A stretch of DNA of 64,000 nt, taken from positions 12,869-76,868 of the forward strand of contig DASZEN010000028.1 in assembly GCA_035940775.1 (NCBI GenBank). The letters run 5' to 3'. Below the pieces are notes generated by a model that was not told the origin of the DNA, ran no database searches, and was given only the letters and a program-made list of their open reading frames with translations. This DNA comes from Pyrinomonadaceae bacterium (GTDB taxonomy: Bacteria; Acidobacteriota; Blastocatellia; Pyrinomonadales; Pyrinomonadaceae). Of this stretch, positions 1-9,240 are shown in pieces. The position numbers and the translations under genes were made by a program. Position 1 is the first letter of the stretch, and every line of letters starts with the position of its first letter.

Positions 1-185
1 AAACGCGCTCCGGCGGGAGCATCGGCGACCGTCGCTGTGCTCTTGAATGGGTTGCCGTACTTCCAGACGTAGAGGCTCGCCACGCCGCCCACCACACTTA
101 AGCCGAGCAGAGTAATGATGAAGTAGATTTGCCGCTTCTCGATGATCCACCAGTCGAGATCGAAGCGACCGTGTTTAGTAGCCAT
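1..185 (-). CDS. hypothetical membrane protein, 5' part only (runs off window start)
   Basis: A minus-strand ATG at 185 opens a frame that stays open to position 1: MATKHGRFDLDWWIIEKRQIYFIITLLGLSVVGGVASLYVWKYGNPF... It has one clear hydrophobic helix. No family recognised. It is absent from the ORF track because it is truncated. Confidence 0.35.
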   Translation of the reverse strand, partial: MATKHGRFDLDWWIIEKRQIYFIITLLGLSVVGGVASLYVWKYGNPFKSTATVADAPAGAR

Positions 186-475
186 ACGTGTTTGTGAGAG
201 GTGAGACTAAATCCGTCGCGTGGGGCGAAAACCAGTTAGCGAACTGAAAGGGAACAGAAACAGCAGAAGCCGTCGGGTCTGAAACGGCGCGCCGCTCAGG
301 AGGCGCGGCGGCCAATTCCTAAAGCAGAAGGGGTTTTTCGGAAAACTCCCTCCTTAGTATCAGAAGTTAACACAGGCGTTTGATCCGTTCAAGCATCTTT
401 TACGATGTTGGCCAAAATGGTCGCGAAACCGCTAAATCAGGGCAAAAGGCGGGAAAAACCGGAGTGTTGAGGCTC

Positions 476-1513
476 TCAGCGGGGATTGCCCGTGCCCGTC
501 ATTTCGCTGTCGGTCTCGCTTTCGGCCGCCTCGACATCCTCGAATGGCCGCCCGAAATCCGGCGGCAGGTCAACGTCTATGTCTCTTTCGGAGTGGCGCG
601 GCCAGATGAGCGAGGCGGCGACGGAGCCGAGCAGCACGACGGCCACCACCCCGAGCGAGATGCCTATCGGGACGTGCAGTCCGGCGGCGACCAGTAGCAT
701 CTTCGCGCCGATGAAGGTGAGCACGATGGCGAGGCCGATCTTGAGATAGTGAAATTTCTCGACCACCCCGGCCAGCAGAAAGTAGAGCGAGCGCAGGCCC
801 AGAATGGCGAAGACGTTCGAGGTGTAGACGATAAAAGTGTCCGTGGTGATGGCAAAGATGGCCGGGATCGAATCGACGGCGAAGATCAGGTCTGTGACCT
901 CGACGATAATCAGAACCAGCAACAGTAGCGTCCCCTTCAGTCGCCCTTCGGAGCGCGTAAAGAAATTCTCGCCCTCGTACTGGTGCGTGATCGGGACGTA
1001 GCGCGTGACGAGCCGCACGATAGGGTTCTGCTCCGGGTGAATCTCCGTCTCCTCTTGCCGAAACATCTTGATACCCGTGTAGATCAGAAATGCGCCGAAG
1101 ACGTAGATTATCCAGTCGAACCTTGTGATGAGCGCCGCGCCCAGGAATATCATCGCCGCGCGCATCATGAGCGCGCCGAGCACGCCCCAAAAGAGCACGC
1201 GATGCTGGTACTTGGTCGGAACCTTGAAATAAGAGAATATGAGAAGGATGACGAACAGGTTATCGACCGAAAGCGATTTCTCGATCAGGTAGCCGGTCAG
1301 GTACTCCAACCCCTTCTGGTTACCCAGGTGCCAGAAGACGAGCCCGGCGAAGAGCAGCGCGAACGTAATCCAGACGATACTCCAGGCAGTCGCCTCCTTG
1401 TAGGTGATGGTGTGAGCCTTGCGATTGAAAACGCCCAGGTCTACAAAGAGCATGATAAGGATAAAGACATTAAAACCCACCCACGCCCACATTGAATGAT
1501 GCATCATGTCCAT
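476..1513 (-). CDS. TerC-family integral membrane protein
   Basis: ORF 476..1552 is a multi-pass membrane protein with TerC-like stretches (IEKSLSVDNLFVI, AVDSIPAIFAIT, TSNVFAILGLRSLYF). Start placed at MDMMHH (1513); the ORF-track start at 1552 is also possible. Confidence 0.8.
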   Translation of the reverse strand: MDMMHHSMWAWVGFNVFILIMLFVDLGVFNRKAHTITYKEATAWSIVWITFALLFAGLVFWHLGNQKGLEYLTGYLIEKSLSVDNLFVILLIFSYFKVPTKYQHRVLFWGVLGALMMRAAMIFLGAALITRFDWIIYVFGAFLIYTGIKMFRQEETEIHPEQNPIVRLVTRYVPITHQYEGENFFTRSEGRLKGTLLLLVLIIVEVTDLIFAVDSIPAIFAITTDTFIVYTSNVFAILGLRSLYFLLAGVVEKFHYLKIGLAIVLTFIGAKMLLVAAGLHVPIGISLGVVAVVLLGSVAASLIWPRHSERDIDVDLPPDFGRPFEDVEAAESETDSEMTGTGNPR

Positions 1514-1764
1514 TATCTGAATACGATAGCACCCGCGCCCGCGTGCAATCAACCGAGTGGTCGGGCGCGCGGCCCCTCTCTCACTCTGTGCGCGCCCGCG
1601 CCCGACCGGAGGCGGCCGCCCTCCGCTCCGGCAGGAGTTGCGGCCTCGCCTCGGTCTCCGCTACAATCCTCGATTTCCGGAGCAGCAGTTAACCGGCCAT
1701 AGAACTCATCGGCCGTTAACTTTATCGAAGGGCCATCCAAATTCTATTCAGGAAATAATCGAGC

Positions 1765-3780
1765 ATGCTGAAATTTTTTAGTCGTCAGGAACGGACGCGC
1801 AACTTGATACTGGTCGTCTTCGCCATCATCATGGCGGTCAGCCTCGTCATCTTCTATGCGCCGGGGCGCAATTCGGCCTCGGCGACGCCAGCCACGAACA
1901 CGGAAGTCCTCGCCCGTGTCGGCAGCGATGATGTCACGGTCGGCGATCTGCAATTAATCAAAGATAGCTACATGCAGATGTTCGGCGGCCAGATCAGCCT
2001 CGCGCAGTTGGGCGGCGACAAGCGTTTCCTGGACGGGCTTATTCGCGACCGCGTCATCGCGCAGGAGGCGGCTCGCCTCGGCCTCGCGGCATCCGACGCC
2101 GAGGTGGCCGATAAGATACGCAAACAGTTCAAAGACGCTTCGGGGAAATTCGTAGGCTTCGACCGCTACAAAGAGTCGGTCGTCTCGCGCTATGGCAGCA
2201 TCGAGCGTTTCGAGCGGCAGATACGCGATCAGGTCGCGGCCGAAAAGCTACAGGCTTTCGTCACCGCTGGCGTTCGCGTCTCGGAGACGGAGGTACAGGA
2301 CGATTATAAGCGCAAGAACAGCAGCTTTCAGTTGGTCTACGTTCCGGTGACGGCCGCCAAGCTCGCCGAAAAGATTCAACCCTCCGAGGAAGAGCTGCGC
2401 GCCTACTTCGACCAGCACAAAACGGAGTACCGTATTCTCGAATCGCAGAAGAAGGTTCGCTACCTCTTCATAGATCAGGCCAAAGCGGGCGAGAAGCTGC
2501 AAATATCGGATGATGATTTGCGCGCCGCCTACGACAGCCTCGCGCCGGATAAGAAACAGGCCGGAGTCCGTGTGCAGCAGATCGTTTTCAAGGTCGCGCG
2601 CCCCGACCTCGATCCGCAGGTGCGCGCCAAGGCCGAAACTCTGCTGACGCAGTTGCGCGGCGCGTCGGGCGGAAGCCCCGTCACGGAGGAAGCTTTCGCG
2701 ACCGCCGCAAAGGGGAACTCGGAAGATCCCGCGACGGCTAAAGGCGGCGGCTGGCTGCCTGTGCCCTTCAAGCGCGATCCGAACAAGGCCAATGAGCTTT
2801 ATGATCGGATGATGGACATGCAGGAGGGCGAGATGTCGGACGTGGTCAAGTTCGGCACTAACTATTACATCCTGCGCCGTGGCCCGTCGGTTCCGAAAAC
2901 CTTCGAGGCCGCCAAGCCGGAACTGCTCGCTTCGCAGCGCAATAGCCGCGCTTATGCCGTCGCCGCGCAGTTGGCGGCACGCGCCGAGACGCGCCTGAAG
3001 GAGACCAAAGATTTCCAGAAAGTGGCACAGGAGCTGGCGGCGGAAGCGAACATGGCTCCGGCCCAGATGGTCAAAGAGACGCCTTACATCAAACCCGGCG
3101 ACGATGTTCCGGAGATCGGCAGTAACCAGAAGTTTGAAGAAGCGATTGCGCCGCTTGAAAATCCGAACGATGTGGGCGTCCGCACGGGGGTTCGTAACGG
3201 TTTCGCCATCCCCATGCTGCTCGACAAGCGGGAGCCGCGCATCCCCGAATACGAAGAGGTCAGGGACAAGATCGCGCAGGCGCTCAAGCAGGAGCGCGCA
3301 AAATCGCAGCTTGAGCAGAGGGCCAACGAGTTGGCGACGAGCGCCGCGAGCGCGGGCGACCTGAAGACGGCCGCCGAAAAGATGGGCCTCGAAGCCAAGA
3401 CGGAAGAGGCTTACAAGATCGGCGCGCCGCTCGGCGAAGCCGGTACGGGCCCCGCCGCCGACGATGCCATCTATGCCCTGAAGGAGGGCGAGGTCACAAG
3501 GCCCGCGGTCAGGATCGGCGACAACTGGGTAGTCATCGGCGCGATCAAGCGCACCGAGGCAGACCTCGCAGAGTTTGCCAAGCAGCGCGACCAGCTCATG
3601 CAGACGGCGCTCTCGGCGCTCCGCAACCAGGTTTTCGACGACTACATCACGGCAGTCCAGGCGCGTATGCAACGCGAGGGGCGTATCACGATCAACAAGG
3701 AAGTACTCGCCAAGGTCTCGGAGGACGAGCCCGCCGCCGCACCCCCGCGCCGCGCCCCACGCATCCCCGGACAACAATAA
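1765..3780 (+). CDS. PpiD/SurA-like periplasmic chaperone with parvulin-type PPIase segment
   Basis: 671-aa ORF with an N-terminal signal anchor (LILVVFAIIMAVSLVIF). A long SurA/PpiD-like helical region is followed by a parvulin-like block (VRVQQIVFKV...GGGWLPVPF...YYILRRG). Confidence 0.75.
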   Translation: MLKFFSRQERTRNLILVVFAIIMAVSLVIFYAPGRNSASATPATNTEVLARVGSDDVTVGDLQLIKDSYMQMFGGQISLAQLGGDKRFLDGLIRDRVIAQEAARLGLAASDAEVADKIRKQFKDASGKFVGFDRYKESVVSRYGSIERFERQIRDQVAAEKLQAFVTAGVRVSETEVQDDYKRKNSSFQLVYVPVTAAKLAEKIQPSEEELRAYFDQHKTEYRILESQKKVRYLFIDQAKAGEKLQISDDDLRAAYDSLAPDKKQAGVRVQQIVFKVARPDLDPQVRAKAETLLTQLRGASGGSPVTEEAFATAAKGNSEDPATAKGGGWLPVPFKRDPNKANELYDRMMDMQEGEMSDVVKFGTNYYILRRGPSVPKTFEAAKPELLASQRNSRAYAVAAQLAARAETRLKETKDFQKVAQELAAEANMAPAQMVKETPYIKPGDDVPEIGSNQKFEEAIAPLENPNDVGVRTGVRNGFAIPMLLDKREPRIPEYEEVRDKIAQALKQERAKSQLEQRANELATSAASAGDLKTAAEKMGLEAKTEEAYKIGAPLGEAGTGPAADDAIYALKEGEVTRPAVRIGDNWVVIGAIKRTEADLAEFAKQRDQLMQTALSALRNQVFDDYITAVQARMQREGRITINKEVLAKVSEDEPAAAPPRRAPRIPGQQ

Positions 3781-3782
3781 AC

Positions 3783-3854
3783 AGGGCGGCAGCGATGAAT
3801 GATTGAATGAATAGTTAATTGACGCATTCACTCAACCCCTTTCATCCCTTCGTT
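3783..3854. repeat. copy A of mosaic palindromic intergenic repeat (GGGCGGCAGCGAT..GAATGATTGA..TTCATCCCTTCGTT)
   Basis: Lies between the convergent ppiD-like and transporter genes. It shares GGGCGGCAGCGAT, GAATGATTGA and TTCATCCCTTCGTT words with the copies at 35.8 and 43.9 kb. An internal hairpin TTGAATGAAT/ATTCACTCAA is present. Confidence 0.6.
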
Positions 3855-5376
3855 ACCACCACCGGAGCATCTTCCACCAGAGGGGGCCGAGGCTCATCCA
3901 GATCGAGATGTTGAGCAGGGAGACGACGAGGCCGAGCCACCACCACGTTCGTTGGTTGACGTAGCCCGCGCCGAACCAGATGGGCGCGGGCGTCGTTCCG
4001 TAGTGCGTCAGCGAGGCATCCAGGTTCGAGAAGTAAGCGAGCGAGAGTACGGCCAAGTAGGGCGGCGCACCGCTCGCGAGGATGACGACCAGGAAGGGCG
4101 TGTACATCGCCGTCGCATGGGCCGTAATGCTGGCGAACGCGTAGTGCGCGTAGAAGTAGACGAGCAGTAGCGCCGAGAGCGCGGCCCACCACGTCCACCC
4201 GTAAGTGAGACCGGCAGCCGTCTCCGCAAATCGTTTCGTAATTCCCGTTTCGCCCAGCGCCTCGGCCATGCGCACCAGCCCTCCATACCAGATGAAGACA
4301 TCCCACGCGCCGCGCTCCGCGATCACATCTTCCCAATCGAGCACTCTCGTCAGCAGCAGCACGCAGATACCAAAGAGCGCGACGACCGCGTAATGAACGG
4401 CACCGACGCGCCCGCCGGTCAAATACGCCAGCCGGTCGCCGATTATCCAGAGCGTCGCCACGATGCCGAAGACCGCCAGCATTACTTTCTCGGGCCAGCG
4501 CATTGGGCCAATACGTTTGAGTTCTTCGGCGGCGAACTCCGCTGCGGCGGGCGTGTGTCTGATCTCAGGCGGGAAAAGTCTATATAGCACGAGCGGCACG
4601 ACCAGAAGCGATGCCAGTCCGGGCACGATAGCGCCCAGGGCCCAACGGCTGTAGCTCAACTCGATGCCGGTCACCTGTTGCGCAAACTTCGCGATCAGGA
4701 CGTTCGATGCCTGGCCCGTCAGGAACATAGCGCAGACCACGACATCGCACTGGTAGAGGAGCACCATCAGGAAAGCTCCGAGCCGTCGGGCCGTCGCGCC
4801 CGGCTCGGACTCGTAAGCCTCCGCGAGGCTCTTGGCGATGGGGAAAATGATGCCGCCGGAGCGTGCGCCGTTCGAGGGAACGACCGATGCCAGCAGCATG
4901 TCCGTCGAGACGAGCGCGTAACCGAGGCCGAGCGAATGCCTGCCGATCGCGCGTATGAAAAGGAAGGCGATGCGCCGCCCGAGTCCCGTCTTAATCATCC
5001 CGCGCGAGATCATGAAGGCCGCCAGCACCAGCCATACGATCGGATCGCTGTAACCGCGAAGCGCATCGCCCACGGACATCGCGCCCGTCAACGCAAGCGC
5101 CGTCACCCCGAGCAACACCATCGCGCCGCCCGGCGCTGGCCGCAGGATGGAGCCGATGATGGTGGCGGCGAAGATCGCCAGCAGCCGCCACGATTGGGGT
5201 GCGATCCCTTCAGGAACGGGAGCAAACGCGATGGCTAAAGCGGAGGCCACGATAACGATCCACTTTATAATCCTGCTTCGGACGGCGGCGCGGCCCGCCT
5301 CATCAGTCTCGCCTTCGCCGTTCAAGGTAGCGGCGGCGACCGCCTCCTCCTCTTCCTTAGCGTCTCTGTCCGCCAT
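3853..5376 (-). CDS. DASS/anion-permease family transporter (dicarboxylate/citrate-type)
   Basis: 507-aa polytopic membrane protein. Two SN-hairpin motifs typical of SLC13/DASS carriers are present (VPSNGARSGGIIFPI and FSNLDASLTHYGTTPAP). Confidence 0.75.
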   Translation of the reverse strand: MADRDAKEEEEAVAAATLNGEGETDEAGRAAVRSRIIKWIVIVASALAIAFAPVPEGIAPQSWRLLAIFAATIIGSILRPAPGGAMVLLGVTALALTGAMSVGDALRGYSDPIVWLVLAAFMISRGMIKTGLGRRIAFLFIRAIGRHSLGLGYALVSTDMLLASVVPSNGARSGGIIFPIAKSLAEAYESEPGATARRLGAFLMVLLYQCDVVVCAMFLTGQASNVLIAKFAQQVTGIELSYSRWALGAIVPGLASLLVVPLVLYRLFPPEIRHTPAAAEFAAEELKRIGPMRWPEKVMLAVFGIVATLWIIGDRLAYLTGGRVGAVHYAVVALFGICVLLLTRVLDWEDVIAERGAWDVFIWYGGLVRMAEALGETGITKRFAETAAGLTYGWTWWAALSALLLVYFYAHYAFASITAHATAMYTPFLVVILASGAPPYLAVLSLAYFSNLDASLTHYGTTPAPIWFGAGYVNQRTWWWLGLVVSLLNISIWMSLGPLWWKMLRWW

Positions 5377-5508
5377 CTATCTCAGCCCCCGCGCTCCGCA
5401 AAAGTTTAAGAAGAGCATACGGCGGCGATACTACAGCTTTTTGAGCTTTATGCCTCGACGAAAATCGCCGGGCGGCCTCTTTTGATTTACAGGGGGGCGT
5501 CCGCTTCC

Positions 5509-5566
5509 ATAGAAAAGCGCGGGCTTCACACAAAACCCATCAGGGTCTTAGTTTGAAGCCCGCGCT
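5509..5566 (-). terminator. hairpin terminator downstream of 5726..6862 gene
   Basis: Perfect 13-bp stem AGCGCGGGCTTCA / TGAAGCCCGCGCT (5516-5528 / 5554-5566). On the minus strand it is followed by TTTCTAT. The loop is large (about 25 nt), so confidence is only moderate. Confidence 0.45.
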
Positions 5567-5725
5567 CTCTTGAAAGTAAGCGGTCTCGGGACGACTTACG
5601 AGCGGGTCTCTTTTTTAAGCCTGCGCCAATTTTTATGCGGTGAAGACTAAGAACGCGTCCTCCTGCGAAGGTTTCTCCGGGCAGGGGAGAGAGGCTGGGC
5701 GGAGGCGCTCAAAGTGTATGCCGCT

Positions 5726-6862
5726 CTAAAAGTGGCGCAGGAGCGGCGCGATGTCCGGCTGCGTGACGCTCAGCTTGATCTGGACTTCGTTATCCTGCGC
5801 CGTGACGGTCAGACCTTTGATAAGACTCGAAAATGCGTCGGCCTCAGCCTTGTTTGAGCCCCGGCCGATGCCCAGACCGCTGACGAGCTTTAGTCCGTTG
5901 AGCGCCTGGGCAATGTCGCGGGCCTGATCCGCATTCTCCGTGCGGGCGGCGAAGAGCGTTTCGGCGTTCGTCCCCACGGTGCTGAAAGAGCCGTAAACCT
6001 GCCGTATGGATTCGGCCAGCTTACTGACCTTAGCATCGCCGAACCCGAATCCCTTAGCCATTCCGGGCGGTACATTTCCAGCGAAGCCTGCGAAAGCGCC
6101 CGAAGTCCGCGTCGCTAACTCAACCAGGCTCTGGTCGACGCGCTCCGCGCCCGGATTGATGGTCGCGCGCACGCTCTCAAGATCGCCCATGACAATCGTG
6201 TTCGAGTCGAGTTCGGCGACGGCCATTCTTTGCGTATCGGCCTTGTCGGCCTTGAAGGCCGGAGCGCTGTCGCCAACACCAGCACCAGCGCCAGTACCAG
6301 CGCCAGTGCCAACGCCATCGCCGACGACGACGGCGGCGTCGGCGGCGACTACGTCGCGCGGTGAAGCCAGCACGTATATCTTCTTCCCTTCATAGACCTG
6401 CTCTTCGCGCTCGACCTTCTCCTTTTTCCTGACGGCCGCGAATCCTTTGTCGATCAAATCCGAGGCGACGAAGCTGCCGCGCGTGATGGCCACGAACCTG
6501 GAATGGCCGCTCCTTCGCGCCTGATCGAAGCGCAAGCCGATAGCGAGGCTGTCGAACGTGCGCGGGTCGATACCTGTCTCCTGCTGAAACTTGTCGAGCT
6601 TGGCGTTGATCTTCGCGAATAGAGTGGGGTCTCCGGCCAGAAAGTTCGGGAGCGTATCGGAGACGAGCTTCTGCGTGTCTACGAAGATGATGATGTCGGA
6701 TGCCGGAAGCTCGGCCAGCGCCGTGCCGGGCGCTACAACCGCCGCTCGGCTTGCAGCGTTAGTCTTCGCGACGACGCTCCGGCTCGCCTGGGCTACGATC
6801 AGGGCCATCGCCGCCAGCAGGATCGCCAGCGCGACGAGCGATGCTTGAAATCTCTTGTTCAT
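5726..6862 (-). CDS. secreted hypothetical protein (paralog A of tandem pair)
   Basis: 378-aa ORF with a signal peptide (LVALAILLAAMALIVAQA) and SD AAGAGG upstream. It is homologous end to end with the 7092..8135 product (LPASD..FVD.QKL..D.LP, RTFD..A.GLRF, ELATR, FA.NVPP). It carries a Gly-rich insertion, GDGVGTGAGTGAGAGVGD. Confidence 0.7.
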   Translation of the reverse strand: MNKRFQASLVALAILLAAMALIVAQASRSVVAKTNAASRAAVVAPGTALAELPASDIIIFVDTQKLVSDTLPNFLAGDPTLFAKINAKLDKFQQETGIDPRTFDSLAIGLRFDQARRSGHSRFVAITRGSFVASDLIDKGFAAVRKKEKVEREEQVYEGKKIYVLASPRDVVAADAAVVVGDGVGTGAGTGAGAGVGDSAPAFKADKADTQRMAVAELDSNTIVMGDLESVRATINPGAERVDQSLVELATRTSGAFAGFAGNVPPGMAKGFGFGDAKVSKLAESIRQVYGSFSTVGTNAETLFAARTENADQARDIAQALNGLKLVSGLGIGRGSNKAEADAFSSLIKGLTVTAQDNEVQIKLSVTQPDIAPLLRHF

Positions 6863-6987
6863 AATTTTTAACCTCTTAAATCTTCAAACAATCCTGGCCC
6901 CTTCTTAAAGAGCCTGCGGATTAATTCGGGGCCGATACTTCTCCTGCCCTGTAAAGACGACGAGGGCGCGACGACCGTTAACACGAA

Positions 6988-7018
6988 AGGCCATTTGTTC
7001 CTAAAGAACAAGTGGCCT
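6988..7018 (-). terminator. hairpin downstream of 7092..8135 gene
   Basis: AGGCCATTTGTTC ctaaa GAACAAGTGGCCT forms a 13-bp stem with one G-U pair. Only a weak T-run (TTCGTGTT) follows on the minus strand. Confidence 0.4.
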
Positions 7019-7091
7019 TATCAGTATTGCCCGGCTTCGGCTCGCATGGCAAGGGGGAAGTGACGCGCCCCCCGCTCCCGCGCGCCGCGCC

Positions 7092-8135
7092 CTAGAAAAT
7101 GCGTACCAGCGAGGCGATGTCCGTCTGAGCGATCTCCAAACGAATTTGCAGATCGCTCCCCTCGGTCGTCACCTTCAGATTGTCTATCACGCTCTGCGCG
7201 AGCTTGCCCTTGTCGGCCGGAAGCTGCGCGATCAGGAAGCCGCTGAACTGCCTCAGTGCGGCCAGCGAGTCGTTGAGGCTCCGTGCCTGCTCTGGCTTTT
7301 CCGTGTGCGCGACCATCAGCATGTCGAAGCCCGTGGCGGTCGTGCCGATTGAGCCGTAAGCCTGTCGAATCGAAGCGATGCTCCTGCTGATCTCCTCGTT
7401 GTCAATGCCGGAGGATTGGGCGACCGATGGCGGCACGTTGGCCGCAAAGCCTAAGATAGCGTTCGGATTGCGCGTCGCCAGTTGTACCAGCTCACCGCCG
7501 ATGCGCCCGCGTCCCTTGTGCGCATCGACCGCAGCCCGCACGACATCCAGATCGCCCAGCGCGAGCGTTTGCGCGTCGAGCGCCGCCACCGAAATGTCAC
7601 TCACCCGCATGTTCAAAAGCCCCAGCCACTTCATCCTGTCATTTACACTGAAGGTATAAATGGTCTGACCGGCATACTTCTGCTCCTGGTATTTGCCCTT
7701 CATGGCGATGCGCGCGGCGGCGATCATCGCGGGGGCATTGAAGCGACCCTGCGCGAGCGCGACGATGTCCGTGGTCACAACCGTCGGCGAGCGGCTGATG
7801 AAGCGCAATCCGACGGCGACGCGGTCAAACGTACGCACGTCCAGACCGTAGCGCGTTTTGAAGCTGTCTATGTCGGCATTGATCTGCGCCAGCCTCGGTT
7901 TATCTTCGGCGAGAGCGCGCGGCAAAGCATCATTCAATAGCTTCTGGACATCGACGAACATCGCCACGTCCGAGGCGGGCAGCGTCGGCAGCAATGCGTT
8001 GGCCGCCGGAGCCTGAGTAGTAGTCGTCGTCGCCGCCGTCGTCTTCGTCCTGGTCTGCGCGCTCGCAGCCGGAGCGATCAGGGCCGCGAGCGTGAGCCCG
8101 AGCATAATCAAAGAGGCGTAAATTTTCTTATTCAC
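7092..8135 (-). CDS. secreted hypothetical protein (paralog B of tandem pair)
   Basis: 347-aa ORF with a GTG start at 8135 preceded by AAAGGTGAG and a signal peptide ending AASAQT. It is collinear in similarity with the 5726..6862 product. Confidence 0.7.
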   Translation of the reverse strand: MNKKIYASLIMLGLTLAALIAPAASAQTRTKTTAATTTTTQAPAANALLPTLPASDVAMFVDVQKLLNDALPRALAEDKPRLAQINADIDSFKTRYGLDVRTFDRVAVGLRFISRSPTVVTTDIVALAQGRFNAPAMIAAARIAMKGKYQEQKYAGQTIYTFSVNDRMKWLGLLNMRVSDISVAALDAQTLALGDLDVVRAAVDAHKGRGRIGGELVQLATRNPNAILGFAANVPPSVAQSSGIDNEEISRSIASIRQAYGSIGTTATGFDMLMVAHTEKPEQARSLNDSLAALRQFSGFLIAQLPADKGKLAQSVIDNLKVTTEGSDLQIRLEIAQTDIASLVRIF

Positions 8136-8169
8136 TATTGATAGCTCACCTTTCAGGAAAGCAAGGGCT

Positions 8170-8248
8170 GTAAGGCCGCCGGGGATGAAATCTATAATTC
8201 GATAGTCTTGCGTGCTTTCACTTCATCCTCAAAATCTTCCGGCCTTAC
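8170..8248. repeat. palindromic element, possibly related to the GGGATGAA/TTCATCC repeat family; likely terminator of 8310..9218 gene
   Basis: Outer perfect 9-bp clamp GTAAGGCCG (8170-8178) / CGGCCTTAC (8240-8248) encloses GGGGATGAA ... CTTCATCC. Confidence 0.4.
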
Positions 8249-8309
8249 ACGTTAGTCCTCGCGGTTATCCGCCCACTTCGGATGCAAAGCCGGGCGGGCG
8301 GGGTTGGCT

Positions 8310-9218
8310 CTATTTTCTCCTGGCGCGACGGTTTTCTTCGCCGTCTCCGCCGAGCAGACCGGGCAGAGAGGGAAGCATCTGCGCCGTTATCTCGTCGGAG
8401 GTCACCTTCTTGTAATCCTTCGGCAGCTCGAAGAGCGACGCGTCAACCTCCTGCTTGATATCGCGCATCTCCATAGAGACCTTCGAGCCGCGCGCCGTCT
8501 CGCCCGTCGAAGTGGTCTCCGACTTGACGGGCATCCCGAGCGATTCGTCTATCCAGATGATGGTTTCAGTCTTTACACCGCGCGCCTCGTCGCCCCCGGC
8601 CGCAGTCGTCACTCTGTACTTGGTCGTCGCGCGCCCGTTGACCGTTTCCGTGCCGAGCTTTTCATAGTTGGCTCCGGGGTCGGATTCGTTAAGCAGCTTG
8701 TCGGGCGAAAAATCGGACGGAAGATTTTGGGCCATGCTTGACAGCGTGCCGCCCTCGCCGGGCTTGACCTCGGCGTAGAGCTTCTTTGAGTGAAGGAGCA
8801 CGTAATGTCCCGACGCGAGTTGCAGGTCGGACATCCTCGCCCCCGGAATCAACTCGTAATCGACGCGTCGCCGCTCTGCGTCGCGCGCAATCCTGATCTC
8901 GCGGCTCAATAGATTGCTGATGCCGGGGATAACAGGAGTGTCGCCGCCGAGGCTGCCCGTGACGACCATCGTCGCCGTGTAACGCTCCGGCTCTTTGGTC
9001 GAAAAGGGAGGCGTCCTGGAAGTGTTACCCGAGGCGTTGGAAGAGTTGCCGCCGCCCGCGCCGCTCGCCGCGCCGCCCGTATTGGCCTCTTCGCCGGAGC
9101 GTTTGCAGGCAGTAGTAGCGCCCGCGACGACCGTGAGCATAAGCGCGAGCGAGAGGACGAGCGCTCGCGGGCGCACCCGCTTCGCTTTCATTGATTCCGT
9201 CATGAATCGAAAAGGCAT
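8310..9218 (-). CDS. lipoprotein, LolA-like/DUF4412-like fold guess
   Basis: ORF 8310..9299 has a lipobox-like VVAGATTAC after a basic, hydrophobic N-terminus. The longest start would overlap the thiolase gene by 59 nt, so the start was moved to MPFRF (9218, AAGGAG upstream); 9191 is also possible. The fold guess rests only on general sequence pattern. Confidence 0.6.
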   Translation of the reverse strand: MPFRFMTESMKAKRVRPRALVLSLALMLTVVAGATTACKRSGEEANTGGAASGAGGGNSSNASGNTSRTPPFSTKEPERYTATMVVTGSLGGDTPVIPGISNLLSREIRIARDAERRRVDYELIPGARMSDLQLASGHYVLLHSKKLYAEVKPGEGGTLSSMAQNLPSDFSPDKLLNESDPGANYEKLGTETVNGRATTKYRVTTAAGGDEARGVKTETIIWIDESLGMPVKSETTSTGETARGSKVSMEMRDIKQEVDASLFELPKDYKKVTSDEITAQMLPSLPGLLGGDGEENRRARRK

Positions 9219-9240
9219 CGAAATTTTATTCTCCTTAACC

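Noticed and set aside
1514-1764. Possible yybP-ykoY (Mn) riboswitch in the leader of the TerC-family gene. An 11-bp stem GGTCGGGCGCG/CGCGCCCGACC is present at about 1558-1606.
   Set aside because: TerC genes often carry this riboswitch. I could not find its conserved GGGGAGUAG and UUGACA/GACCUU elements on the minus strand. Only generic GC-rich hairpins are present. An Rfam scan would settle it.
2248-3831. 527-aa ORF antisense to the ppiD-like gene. Similar long antisense ORFs occur at 8995..10287, 13962..15005, 18715..19497, 21637..23184, 22845..23831, 25998..27644, 27599..28924, 37440..38858, 38910..39725, 40017..40715, 42965..44008, 47314..48051, 50808..51461, 57549..58367 and 62751..63527.
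   Set aside because: Each lies opposite a gene with clear family motifs. Their products are Arg/Ala/Gly/Pro-rich with no recognisable motifs. Long stop-free antisense frames are expected in high-GC DNA.
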